From the human T2T-CHM13v2.0 reference genome, Homo sapiens: 64,000 nt of DNA. The stretch lies in the NCBI RefSeq assembly GCF_009914755.1, contig NC_060940.1; one strand, 5' to 3'. Made by a program: the position numbers and the translations under genes. Below, in pieces: positions 1 through 11,580 of this stretch (within the stretch, counting starts at the first letter, position 1; every line of letters begins with the position of its first letter). Under the pieces are notes generated by a model, which did no database searches, was not told the origin of the DNA, and was given only the letters and a program-made list of their open reading frames with translations.

Positions 1-291
1 TAGCAGTAGTGTTAAGAAATCATTTGGCTGGGGATGGTGAGAGAAACATGGGTTATGAGGGTGATCATTAACATAATTTCATGTCTATATTATTACAATA
101 TTCAAAGTAGTGGTAATAGAGATGAATGTGACAGCTTTGAGATTCCATTGATGGTGTTTGGATTATTTCACTATAGCATTCTAAAAGTGATCTTTAGCTC
201 ACCTCAAACAGGAAAAGAACACATAATTCATGTTTAAGTATTTCAGCAATTTAACTCTTAAAAACTGTAACTTAGTCATATTCAAAGGTAA

Positions 292-373
292 AAATTATAT
301 ATAATAATATATAAAATAATATATGTATATATTATATATAATTTATAATATATATAATTCATATATATATATT
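292..373. repeat. (TA)n-rich low-complexity tract
   Basis: Nearly pure A/T, ATATAT-type repeats. Confidence 0.9.
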
Positions 374-591
374 AGAATCTGTTTCTGACTTGCCAGGCTC
401 CACTGGGGTTACTTACTCCCCTTTTTTCAGATATTCTGTGATCTTATTACTACATCTACCCCAGAAGCTATATGAATTTAAGCAATTGAATGGGAAAAAG
501 GACCATAATCTTTTGATGTCCCAGTTATGTGTATGGTTCAGTACTCGATGCTTTAGACATCTAGTACTGAGGACTCAGACCTCTAGTATGT

Positions 592-690
592 TATTAACAC
601 TTACTCAAGGATTCCCCCAGTGAGTGGAGTGAAGATTTAAACCCAGATCTGTCTGATTCCAAAGTCCATGGTCTTCCTTTCACAACATGG
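592..690 (-). mobile_element. MIR SINE fragment
   Basis: GATTTAAACCCAGATCTGTCTGATTCCAAAG is the reverse complement of the MIR tRNA-derived B-box region. Confidence 0.7.
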
Positions 691-852
691 TTCAGTCTAC
701 CCCTCATTAAATTTTGCAATTTTAGACTTTTGTCACACATTGTGTAGTGACACACTTTTCCTGGGAGAAACAAATTCATAATGTAATTGAATAGCAAAGG
801 GGCATGTGCTTCAGAGCGGTACTACAGCCCTCCCCTAACTGGGGGCTGTACA

Positions 853-931
853 TGTGCATGTGTGTGCTTATGAATGTGTGTGAGTGTATGTGTGTGGTTA
901 TGTGTGTGAGTCTCCAGTGTCCAGTGTGTTG
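853..931. repeat. Degenerate (TG)n microsatellite
   Basis: Interrupted TGTG runs. Confidence 0.8.
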
Positions 932-1538
932 TGAATATAATGGAATTGGAAAGCTCTGTGAAATTCTTGAAATTATATCACCAAAGAATCCGCCTCTCAC
1001 AAGGGCAGCATCAGAGAAATACCTACAGAGAATAAAAATTAACACTCTCTAAAATAACCTAATTAATACACAAACATATTTTACTAGCAACCAAAATAGG
1101 ATTTTCATCTTAATCCCTTATTAGAACACAATCGTTCGGCATAGTTTCAAGCCAAGCTAGAAATTAACAAAAAAAGAAAATATTCATGGTTCATTGAAAC
1201 ACCTTCAGATGTTTAACCTTTCTAAAAGTTACTTCTAATGTTCACCACCCAGCAACTGCAGCTGAATGATAAGGAACTAAGGTAGAGACTCGGGAAAAGG
1301 AGATTATCAAATATAAACAGTTAATTTGACTACTTTCCTTCAGCTCAATGGGTAACATGGATTTGAGTTTACAGACTTATACCTAATGCCAAAAAAACAC
1401 TCTTTAGGGGAGGCAGGATGCAGTAGCTTCAAATTAGCCTTTTCTTGGGAATGTATTGTTAAATTTACAGATAGTTATTTAAAATTAAGGCAACTTAAGT
1501 TAGAAACATCCTGATTTCCTAAATGCTGACTCCACTTT

Positions 1539-3001
1539 TTGATGGGATTCAGAGGTCACTGTCTCCTTGGTCTCAGATATCATGGTACCAGTGAATGCCA
1601 GCCCCTCCACCACACTGTGCTGGCTGCCTGATGGTTTCCATGTTGCTCTTCCTCATAGCTTTAAATATGGTGTTCTCCGTACCACATACGTTGCAACCGA
1701 TTTTGAGGCATTTTAATAAAGATCCAATCTTTCCATGTCTCTATTTTAGGACCTGAGACTTCAGTTTATTTAGCAGAGAAGGCTTTAAGTTTTTTCAGGA
1801 AAAGGTCAATCTTTCTGGTTGTCTTACTTGCAGAACCTAGGAGTACTGTCTGTGCTGTTGGGTGGGCTTTGAAGTTCATCAGGAAATAGCTAATCCTGCT
1901 AGGGGTCTTGCTTGAAGACCCTACACTAGTTGGAGGTAGGTTCCTTTCCCATTTTAAATTCCTTTGTAGTAGAACTGAGGCTGGTGTCTCCACAGGGGAA
2001 AGAGCTGTGTCCTCTGCTCATTGGGCTGCGTAGGCCTTTCTCCTTTTCCTCACCCCTAGGGCTCCATAGCAAGCTGAGGGCCAGAAGAAGGACATAGTTA
2101 GGGTCTACTTGTCCTTCCCAGTCCCATGGTGATGAGAATGGCTTTTATCAGGAGTTTTGTCTTTTTCCTTTCTTTTATTTTCTCTGGGCTTCAGCATTAC
2201 ATTGGAACATCTTGTGGCTTCACTCTTCTTCTTTTTTTTTTTTTTTATCACTTTTGTTTTGTTTTGTTTCTGAGACAGAGTTTCACTCTGTTTCCCAGGC
2301 TTCGCAATCACAGCTCATGGTAGCCTCAACCTCCTGGGCTCTAGTGGCCTTTCCACCTTGGCCTGCTGAGTAGATGGGACTAAAAGCATGTGCCTTCACA
2401 CCTGTCTAAGTTTCTTAAATGTTTTTTATAGGAACAGAGTCTCTTGCTATATGGCCCAGGCCAGTCTTGAACACCTAGGCTCAAGCAATCCTCCTGCCTC
2501 AGCCTCCCAAAGTACTAGAATTACAGACATGAGTCACCACACCCAGCCTCATCCTGTTCTTCATGTAAACTTCAGTCTGCAGGGTAGAAGGAAGGAACCT
2601 CACTACTGAACTCCGAGCTTTTTCTGCAACAGGTTTGCCATTTGTGTCTGCTCTTGAAATCACTGCAAGCATCCTGCTGCCTAGGGAGAGACTGGAAGCT
2701 CCTGCTGACATGCTGAAAGTACTCTCTGAGGACAAGGGCATGCTTGCAACACTTGCTACAAACATGTTAAGACCCTCTAAAAATGTGTCAGAAGTGCCTG
2801 GAAAGGTCATGCTGGCTCTGCTTCTCCAGGATCAGGAAGGCTGTTCCTGCCCATGCTGTCTTTTTCTGGCCTGCCTTCATGTTGGATTCCTTCCTTTCCC
2901 AGCATTATCAGAAGAGGCAGTTCTAAACACCTCAGGGACCCTGTAAAGCCTCCTGATGCTGACCTGGCATTGACCTCCCTCTCTATCAAGCTCCTTGGCA
3001 G
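1539..3001 (-). pseudogene. GARIN-family pseudogene coding exon 2 (Ala/Ser-rich and basic C-terminal region), split by an Alu
   Basis: Follows a polypyrimidine tract (CTTCACTTGTTTTCCCTTCCCAC). ORF-track pieces 2499..2810(-), 2105..2311(-) and 1766..1993(-) resemble the FAM71B C-terminal half (STLQ.E.YM, ENKRKEKDK..SHSHHH, KI..FL..LKA). Confidence 0.8.
2232..2548 (-). mobile_element. AluJ SINE inserted in pseudogene exon 2
   Basis: Dimeric Alu with poly-T/(GTTTT)n tail, J-type GGCTCAAGCAATCCTCC, heavily diverged; ends ..ACACCCAGCC. Confidence 0.9.
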
Positions 3002-3094
3002 GTGGGAAGGGAAAACAAGTGAAGTAGAGAAGATGAGACCAGAAAGATGTGACCAGAGATGACCGCCTCTCTTATATAGCAGAACAACTCAAGA

Positions 3095-3520
3095 GCTTAT
3101 GATTAGAAGAATTTTCAGATCATCAAGTCCAATCTTCCATATGATGCAGGAAAACCCTCTAGAGTACCTCCCAGAATGGCCGTTCTGGTTTTGCTAGAAC
3201 CAATTCACCAGTAAACATTCTCATAGACTTATATTTTATACAGTTGTGTTAGTATTGTCACAGAATAAATTCCTATAAGTGAGACTGCTGGTCATCGGGA
3301 ATGCATAATTTACATTTTGATAACAAATAGAAAATTGTGCATGTGCAGACAATCATGTTGCACTGCCATTAATGTGTACAGAAATTTGTGCATGGCAGTC
3401 ACGGGGAGGAAGATTATGGCTCAAAGAAAAAAACTTTCTAATAGTTAGAAATGCCCATGACAGATCAGATTGCCTGGGCTAGGGTAGGAAGTATTCCAAA
3501 ATAGATTGGAGGGTGAGGAT
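3095..3520. mobile_element. Ancient repeat fragments (L3/MIR3-like and L1M-like) inside the pseudogene intron
   Basis: AGATCATCAAGTCCAA and AAACTTTCTAATAGTTAGA resemble L3/MIR3; ATAAATTCCTATAAGTGAGACTGCTGGTCA resembles antisense L1M. Confidence 0.5.
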
Positions 3521-3769
3521 GCATATAGGGTATGACAGGAGAAGCTGACATCAAGAGAACTCTGGAATTCAGCCTTGGAGAACAATTGGAAGAAGCACCA
3601 GGGGCCTCTCCAACATGGCAAGGCCTCAGAATGGACCCCACACCCTTCCAGATGTGAGTCACCTTCCCAATGAACCTAAGAGAACATCAAAAGGTTTTGT
3701 AGAAGCAGCTTTTACCTACTCTCCCAAAGTTTCCTGGCTCTATCTTCTAGAGACTCTGCAAAGACTGAC

Positions 3770-4356
3770 TGCTGTGTCAAACACAGGCATGCCCATTGTG
3801 GCTGCAGCTGGGATGCATTGGGTGCTGCTAGAATACTCTAGAGGTAAAAAGAGGTAAATGTGGCTTTTCCAATGAACAAAAAGATCTTCTACACACAACC
3901 AAAAAGTGAAATGGCAGCCAAGTGGCAAGCTTCTGGAAGAGTTACTGCTTTTCAATATCATTGGCAAATATTTTTACCAATTCCAATGAAAACAACCAGT
4001 TACCTCTAAGGTGTTACTAAGCTTGTTGTCTCTAGCCTGGATGTCATAGCCATGTTTGGCATATTCTTCACAGTTTGCAGCTAGTCCACTTAGCAATGTG
4101 ACATTAGGTAGTGCAAGGCTGGGGCTATACACAATGGGAGAAAATGCCCACAGTCACATTTTCAACTTGGCTGTGCACATGAGTCATAACCCCTTTGCTA
4201 ATGTGGCTAAAGTCTTTCTCAAACATTTGTGTACATTTGAATATAGCATAATCTCCCTTGCACAGTTGTCACTGCAGTTTCTCCATGGAGGTATTAAACA
4301 TGGCCACTGCACTGCTGCATTGAGCTGTGCAATACAGTAACAAGGTTGTTGCTCAA
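3770..4356 (-). pseudogene. GARIN-family pseudogene coding exon 1 (conserved N-terminal domain)
   Basis: Degenerate FAM71 N-terminal domain. ORF-track 3740..3967(-) contains [38 protein letters not shown]. Ends at a donor-like GTCAGT (3769-3764). Confidence 0.82.
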
Positions 4357-5717
4357 GGTTACATTTAATGAAAGCAGCTCCTCATGGCTCCACCAACCCT
4401 TCCTTGCTATGCCTTCCCATGCTCCCTATATTCCCTGACAGTTGTTGGAGGGAGGGAAGGAGGCCACTGAGCAATTGAGGGTGATGTCAGGCATTTCCAG
4501 CCTGAACCCAGATGTGTCCAAAAGGGCACAGAGATGTGGGACACACCCAGGAGGAGCCTCTCTCCAAGTTGGATGCTCTGGTTCACCACCACCTCAAAGT
4601 GAACCAGCAACTGCAATGCTCCAAAGATGACTCTTTCTCTGGAGCCTCCAACTGGGCCTAAACCTGCTGGAGGGCCCCTTTCATTCTCTCCTGTTCATGG
4701 TGACTTGTTACCATTACACACCCCTTTGTTCCTGCTCCCTGCAACCATCCATCTGTGCAGGACAGTGCCTCTGGGAGACCCATCAGAGGCAGGAGTATGG
4801 GATAGTCGGGGTGGCTAAATTGGCCTTTATAAAGTAAAACAACATGCTGGACAGTGGGGATCCTAACCAAACATAATTCAGGGTCATCTTTTACCCCAAT
4901 TTTCTTTTTGAGGCAGAAATTAAAAACAGTAATGAGTCAAGTCTTACTACCAATTGATAGAAAAATGATTTCTACTCCCTTTTTTATCTAGTTTAATGTG
5001 TTCTATTAAAATCATAAATGGTATTATAATTTTCTATCTCCAACAATGAAAATTTGCATAGCAGTGTATGAAAGAGAGATGTATTTTTTATGGGATATTT
5101 CTGAAATTAGAAGAAAGCAAACAGAAACTTCTGTGGAACATTTATCCAACATATTTTAGAGAAGGGCAGACTTTAATTGTGGAAATGCAGGCGCCGAGTA
5201 TATCACATGGATAGAAGCTCAGTATCAAGTGACTTACAGGCTATCAGCTCTGTCAAGTACCTTAAAATTACCCCAGTATAGTGAGTCTTATTTCTCATTT
5301 TACATTATTTGAAAGGTGCAGAAATATCTGCCAGGTGGTGAAAACATTCCCTTTGGTTATTTGTCTTGTTTGCTATTCTGCAAGAGATTTATTTTCTTTC
5401 TTCCATGTGAAATATATATAAAATTGCTAAAGGATTTTCAGACCATTAAGTTATTTAATGTTATTTATCCTTAAAGTTTAATGTTAACTAACTCATTTAA
5501 ATATAGCCACTCTTTTCTAGCAAGCCAACACTTTGTGCTAGAAAATAGAATGATGCTTTTCATTCACTATCAATATATTCCTGTTTACATTCTTTCTCAG
5601 TTACTTCTATAAGTTGAATGATTTTGAGCAAATGATTGTCAGTGTAAAAGGACACAGGTCAAGCAGGCACAGCAAAACAGCATATCTGACAGCCTTTTTT
5701 GCACTTTCTTCAATATG

Positions 5718-5970
5718 AGAGCATTACATAGTTATCAGAGCAAGGGAACTGACATCAGACAACCTGTACTCAAACCCCATTTCTGTCTCTCTTAGTTGTG
5801 GGACATTAGGCAGGTTTCTTGACCTCTCATAGCTGTATTATTCCTACCTACAGTGTTGACATAATGTCATCTTACTTCATAGGGATTGACTGAGAATTTA
5901 AGTCACTGCAGAGAAAGCTCTCAGTCCAGGGACTGATACGCAATAGGTACTCAATAAATGGTAGCTGTTC
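5718..5970 (+). mobile_element. MIR SINE, near full length
   Basis: MIR core plus the 3' end CAATAGGTACTCAATAAATGGTAGCTGTT. Confidence 0.8.
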
Positions 5971-6535
5971 TTACCAATGAGTCACAAGTATATCTTTCAC
6001 ACAGCCATCAATCTAAGTAACAAAAAGCTCTAAATAAACAGTTCTTTTAATCTGTTTAGAAGGTTAGAAATTCTTATTATTAATACTTGCCGTGTATACA
6101 TACACACAGATTAAGCATACAGAGGCATTGCTCACAAATCTCATTCTCAGGTGGGGCAGAGATCCTGGGAAAAAAAGCAACTCTAAGGCACAAAACAAGT
6201 GTTGCACTGATCTACATGGGAGGTGATCTGTTGCTTTACTCTTAGGATTTCTGGCCACGTATAGCTGAGGAGAGGAGAGAACACACCATGCATTTTAAAA
6301 GAGGCCCACGGGAGGGGTACTGGAAGGAATGGAAACAGTCAGTGAACTGGACATTCAAGAATCAAAGCAGAGAGCAAATTTCCAACTGCGCTTTCAGTTA
6401 CTTTCTCAGGAGGGAGTCAAGAATGAGAGACAAGAGAATGAGACTGAACTCCTGATGAGCTGTTCTGACCTTCGTAGCTTTGTGATGTTGTATTTTTCGT
6501 ATGCCATATCCTATGAAAAAATTTTTGAATGCCTA

Positions 6536-6903
6536 TACTGCAGTCTCAATGTTTGTGCCCCCACCCCAAATTCATATGTTGAAACCTAATCACCAACATC
6601 ATGGAATTAAGAAGGTGGTACCTTTGGGATGTAATGAGGTCATGACAGCTCTGTTTTCATGAATGAGATTAATGCTCTTAGAAAAGAGACCTTAGAGAAC
6701 TAGCTAGCGTCTTCCACCACATGAGAATGCAGTAAGAAGGCATCATCTATAAAGCAGAAAACAGGCCCTCACCAGACACAGAATGTGTTGGTTACATTCT
6801 TATGGACTTCTCAGCTTTCAGAGCTGTGATACCTTAATTTCTATTATTTACAAGCTATTTGGGCAATGGCATTGTTTTATAGCAGCCCAAATGGACTAAG
6901 GCC
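6536..6903 (+). mobile_element. MLT1A/MLT1A0 MaLR solo LTR
   Basis: AATGTTTGTGCCCCCACCCCAAATTCATATGTTGAAACCTAA ... TTATAGCAGCCCAAATGGACTAAG; degenerate 5-bp TSD GCCTA/ACCTA; interrupts an L2 tail. Confidence 0.88.
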
Positions 6904-7620
6904 ACCTACTATGTGTTAGATTCAGTGTTACAAAGTGGGAACAAAGATAAAAAATGTATAATTGTTTCTGCTCTGAAGGTACAAGTGGGGGCTGTGTAGG
7001 GATAAACAAATAAATAACTAGTTTATTATATTATGGAAGATAAATTATCTGAGGGTAATAGGCACCACTTTACATAGAAGCACAGTAAAGAGACAACCTT
7101 GAAGTCCTCCAGGGTAGGAGAAAAATTTATCGCAATTTAAAGAGAGAATAGGAATAACTCAGACAGAGATGGGACATGGTGGTCATTTCAGACCAAGGGA
7201 ACAGCGTGAGCAAAGGCCAAAGGCAAGACTGATCATTCAAAGAATAGTCAGTAGTTCATGTTAGACTAGAATCAAACTATTATTATTTATTACTTGTAAG
7301 TAATAAAACTTACAAGTAAGACTGGAGATAAGCAGAATAGAGATTGTGTAGGACCTTGAAGGCCTTGTTAAGAGCCTTACCTTTATCCTGAGTACCATGA
7401 CCCATGGAAAGCAGGTGAGGAAGTCAATGTGAGTGTGCTTTAGAAAATTAACTCTGGCTTCAGTGAGGACAATGGACTGGAGTGATATAAAGGTTAAAGA
7501 AGAAAGAGGACTTTTTTAGTGTCTTCAGAAGGTCTTGAAATCTGGTTAAATACTAGCAACAAACAGGGAAAGAATGGTATTCATGGATTCTTGAAAGATG
7601 AGAGTGATTATCTCAGTAAA
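6904..7620 (-). mobile_element. L2 LINE 3' fragment
   Basis: CCTACTATGTG tail; purine-rich body with TTTAGAAAATTAACTCTGGCT, typical of antisense L2. Confidence 0.7.
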
Positions 7621-7689
7621 TGTGAAATGTGACTGTCTTCTACTTTGACCATAACCCTAGATCTGGAGTTTTGAAAGGAAATTCAGTCC

Positions 7690-7890
7690 TTCTCTCATTG
7701 ATTTGTTTATTTAGTCTTCCATTGAACCAACATGTAACGAACATTTTGTGTTGTAGCCTGTGCTAAGGATGGTAGATATGAAGATAATGCCAAAGAACAT
7801 GGCTTGAAGGATCTCATTGTATTTCAAGTATTGAAAACATGCATATCATATGACAATGTAGTGTTGTCAAAGCTATAGTAGAGGTGTGCT
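7690..7890 (-). mobile_element. L2 3' end fragment
   Basis: CATTGATTTGTTTATTTAG..AACATGTAACGAACATTTTGTG..TGTGCTAAGG. Confidence 0.55.
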
Positions 7891-8649
7891 CAAATATGTC
7901 ATTCTGCATTATGTTTTCCTCTTTCACAATGCCAGTGAAACTAGAGGCTCCCATTTTATTAATGAAAATAATCTAATCATATCCTTTCAAACCCAAAACA
8001 GATCATCTATTTCTGACTTTTTTAAACTTAGTTTTGAAGGTTGAGCAGGAAGCTGAAGATCCACGTTGGATGGAGCCAGAGGAGCCTTTCCTCTGTTTCC
8101 AGTTATGGCATAGTGAGACCTAGAGTCAAGTCTTAGCTATGACACCCGCTGCTGAACCAACTTAGAACATATTTATTACCTTTCCTAAAACCTCATTATA
8201 TTTATTTGCAAGAAAAAGAGTTACAGTCCATGGTCTTAATTATTTGAGAGAAACACACCGTCATGCAAATTTAGACTAGGTAAACAATAAATGCATCACA
8301 ATTTCTCTGCACATAGAATAAACCATTGGCAGAGTCTCAGGGCAAAGGTATATTGGGGGCTGGAAATCAGGGTTGAGATAAGAACTGGGAAGAGCTTTAA
8401 ACTGGAAATGATAGAACTGAGCAAAGAACTAGAACAGTAGTGTATATAAGGTAGAATTCAAAGGAAAAAAATGAAGAGATTGTAAATTAGACAAACCAAG
8501 TGTGAAAGCTCACAGTACATGCAGCCAATTCTCCAACAAACACAGACCAAAAATCAAACAAACATAAAACAACAAAAAAGAAAGAAGCGTGGTGAAAACT
8601 AAGAGAAGAGCCTACTGACAGAGCCTAGGAAGATTTTCATCCCGAATAT

Positions 8650-8735
8650 TTCCATCTCTTCTCTTTTCTTCTTTTCTTTCCTTTTCTTTCATTTCCTTTT
8701 CCCTCCTTTTCTTTTCTCTTCTCTTTTTCCTTTGT
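8650..8735. repeat. CT-rich polypyrimidine tract
   Basis: ~80 bp of (CTTTT)-like repeats. Confidence 0.85.
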
Positions 8736-9114
8736 TATTCAGCTTTTTACTCCCGCATGTTTTAAAAGTCCCCAGAATTTCTGACACCTTTATAACATAT
8801 CTCTCTAAAACTGCTTCTTGTTTATGTGTACATGTATCTTGTCACCTCAATAATTTGTGGTTAATTTTGCATGAGACATGAGTCAAGTTAAATAGGCTTT
8901 AGCCCTAAGGAAGCAGTAACAAATTACTCTTTAAAAAATTCATTGCTATGTTAACAGTATTATAATTTCTGTGCATCAATGGTACAAAACTACCATTAAT
9001 TTTCAATGCCTTATTGGATAGAATCTTAATTCATCCTTATGGATGTTTTAGTGGGAAAACATTGCTCCCTCTCTCTGACCTGCTTAAAAAAAGCAGCGGA
9101 AATAATTATAGTTA

Positions 9115-9376
9115 AGATGCATGATATTGGGAAGAACTTTTGGAAACAGAACAAAACGTGTGGAGTCCTATTTTTGACATTCTATCTTTGCATGAACTTG
9201 TGATTTTGCATACTGTGCCTAATATTTCTAAACTTCCAATCCTTTCCTTCTAAGGCAAATGTGGATTAATAGCTATTAAGATCATAATGAGGATTGAATA
9301 TATTAATGTTTACAAAATATGAATCATAGTCCCAGACATAAAATAATCATTCACAAAATGGTAGCTATCATTATTT
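9115..9376 (+). mobile_element. MIR SINE
   Basis: TGAGGATTGAAT core and 3' AAATGGTAGCTATCATTATT. Confidence 0.7.
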
Positions 9377-9949
9377 AATTATCTAGGCTGCTGTTGTTGT
9401 TGTTTATTTTTTTCCCGGAAGGCTTATCTGATAAAATGTTTATAGGCTAGAAAAATACTTCAAGAAAAATCTAAACAAAAATATTTCCTTTCCCATAAAT
9501 CATTTTAAGTGAAAATGTTTTTGAAGTTTTACAAATTGACTTCTGATACTATCTGTAGGATAATGTCTGTGAATAGAGAAGGAAATAACGACTTTAGGCT
9601 TGTGCAGCTCCCTAGTGACAAAAAATCAATCACTTACATCCTTGCATGTAGTCTTTCTCCTGCTCATTGCACATACTGGTGGAGCAAGACAGCTATTAAA
9701 ATCCATTAACCTGATATTCTTCTTTAAGTTGAGAGATGTGTCCAGATGATAGGATAAAATATTTAAGAAAAACGTTTACTAGAGAGTTCAGATGGTCTGT
9801 TTTGTCAGGTTCACCCTCACTCACTGGAAAACATTTCTTTTGTTGAAACGTTAAGCAGTGCATCCAGGAAGGAAATAAATTAATTCTAACTTCCTCAGTG
9901 AGTGGCATTTTCTGAGTCTGAAGCTCCTCAACATGGTTCCTTAGGGTAA

Positions 9950-10252
<303 letters not shown>

Positions 10253-10859
10253 TTAAGAAAGGGCTCGTTGTTGTACATTGTGCTGTAATACCACTTGGTT
10301 AAATTTGTAGATTTTGTCCCTCTCCGTTATCAATCACCATATTCTTCTCAGCCTTGGCATAAGTATAATTTTATGATAGACCACAATAAAACAGATTTGT
10401 TTGGTATGATCACTGTACTTCAAACTTAATTGAGAATTGCTCTATGATATCAGGCAATAAAGTCGTTGTGATAAATAATAAAGAGCAGAGTGGGAGAGGA
10501 ACTGAGATAGATAATCAAGGGAATAAAACTATGTTTTCATTTGGAGATTGATGGACCTTGAGGTGCTAAAACATGCAGGGAGAGAAATGTTTCCTGGTGA
10601 TAAAGGCAAAAGAAAATAAAGCCTTATGGTGACTGTGGTAAAATAGCAGATAAGATAAAAAAGAAATAGACCTCCATGAGTACAACGAGGAAATATGGAA
10701 GGTTAGCCTATGGAAAATTTGTCCATATTTTCAATTATTACCCTAAACATCCAAGTACGTATTTGGATAAAAATAGTAATTTCTCTACTCATCAATGAAA
10801 GAGAAAGAAGGCAAATGTTAATATATACAATGTAAATGGCTTTCACAGATATTATGATA

Positions 10860-11172
10860 AGCACAAAATCAGACACATAGTGATACATATCCTTCAATTC
10901 CTTTTGTGTGATTTTTAAGAATGGACAAGATTAATTAGTGATGATGCAAGTCCAAATACTAGTTATACTTGGAGGGTAGGAGAGTACCTAGTAATAGAAG
11001 GTAAAATGGAGCTTACTGGGACAGTAGAAATTTTTTTAAAAAAACTTTTAGCTTTTCAGTGAACGAGTTATTGTGTCTGTGCATTTATGTATATAGATAC
11101 ATATATTCATACATTATGTACACTTGAGAGTTACCCACTTTATATATGTTATACCATATTTTTTAAAGAAGG
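10860..11172 (+). mobile_element. Old L1M (L1ME-like) 3' UTR fragment
   Basis: GTACACTTGAGAGTTACCCACTTTATATATGTTATACC, typical of an L1ME 3' end. Confidence 0.6.
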
Positions 11173-11369
11173 ATAAAATTGTAGATTTATGAAGCCAACT
11201 TCTAAATTTTGATACACATTTTCTTCTGTGAGTGTTCTCAGGACTGATGTAGTATTTCAATTTGCATCTTACAAAAAGCTTTATGACTATGTAGAATCTT
11301 GATGTATGTTGTTGCATGAGATATGGGGGAAGAGAAATGTGTCATTAAAGGGGAGGAACATAAAGTGAG

Positions 11370-11580
11370 CATCTATTTATTACCAAATGATTAGTATTTA
11401 CATTCTCAATCATCATAACTATCCTGTAAAGTAAATTATATCTCATTTGTTTTACAGGTGAAGAAGTAAAGGCTTTGGGAGGTTAAGTAGGCTACCCAGA
11501 ATCTGTAAGCTACTCAGAAATTAAAAATCAAAGCCAGAAAAATAATACAAATCTAAGTCTAAAACCCACAGTTTCTTGTA
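11370..11580 (-). mobile_element. MIR SINE
   Basis: TTTTACAGGTGAAGAAGTAAAGGCTTTGGGAGGTTAAGTAG is the antisense MIR core. Confidence 0.75.

Larger units (their letters stand above)
1539..4356 (-). pseudogene. GARIN3P1: Unprocessed two-exon pseudogene of the GARIN3/GARIN4/GARIN6 (FAM71B/A/C) Golgi-associated RAB2 interactor family; likely GARIN3P1 (FAM71BP1)
   Basis: Manual minus-strand translation across frameshifts gives [97 protein letters not shown]. This matches the FAM71 N-terminal domain as recalled (LLPYYTAQS..MFNT(T/S)MGKLQRQLYKGEY.IFKYAP.FESDFIQI.K.GEVIDVHNRVRMVT.GI..SP.LPLPDVMLL..EDLF..WE.L.Y). Exon 2 gives ELDREGGQCQVSIRRLY.., ..STLQTEVYMKNR and C-terminal GLAFTGTMISETKETVTSESH. 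Start codon appears as TTG (4354-4356), with a premature TGA at 4269-4271 and several frameshifts. The family call is strong; the exact symbol is from recall and unverified. Confidence 0.88.

Noticed and set aside
2635-4818. Plus-strand ORFs (103, 94, 80 aa) over the GC-richer block
   Set aside because: Antisense shadows of the minus-strand GARIN pseudogene and its upstream region; no recognisable protein.
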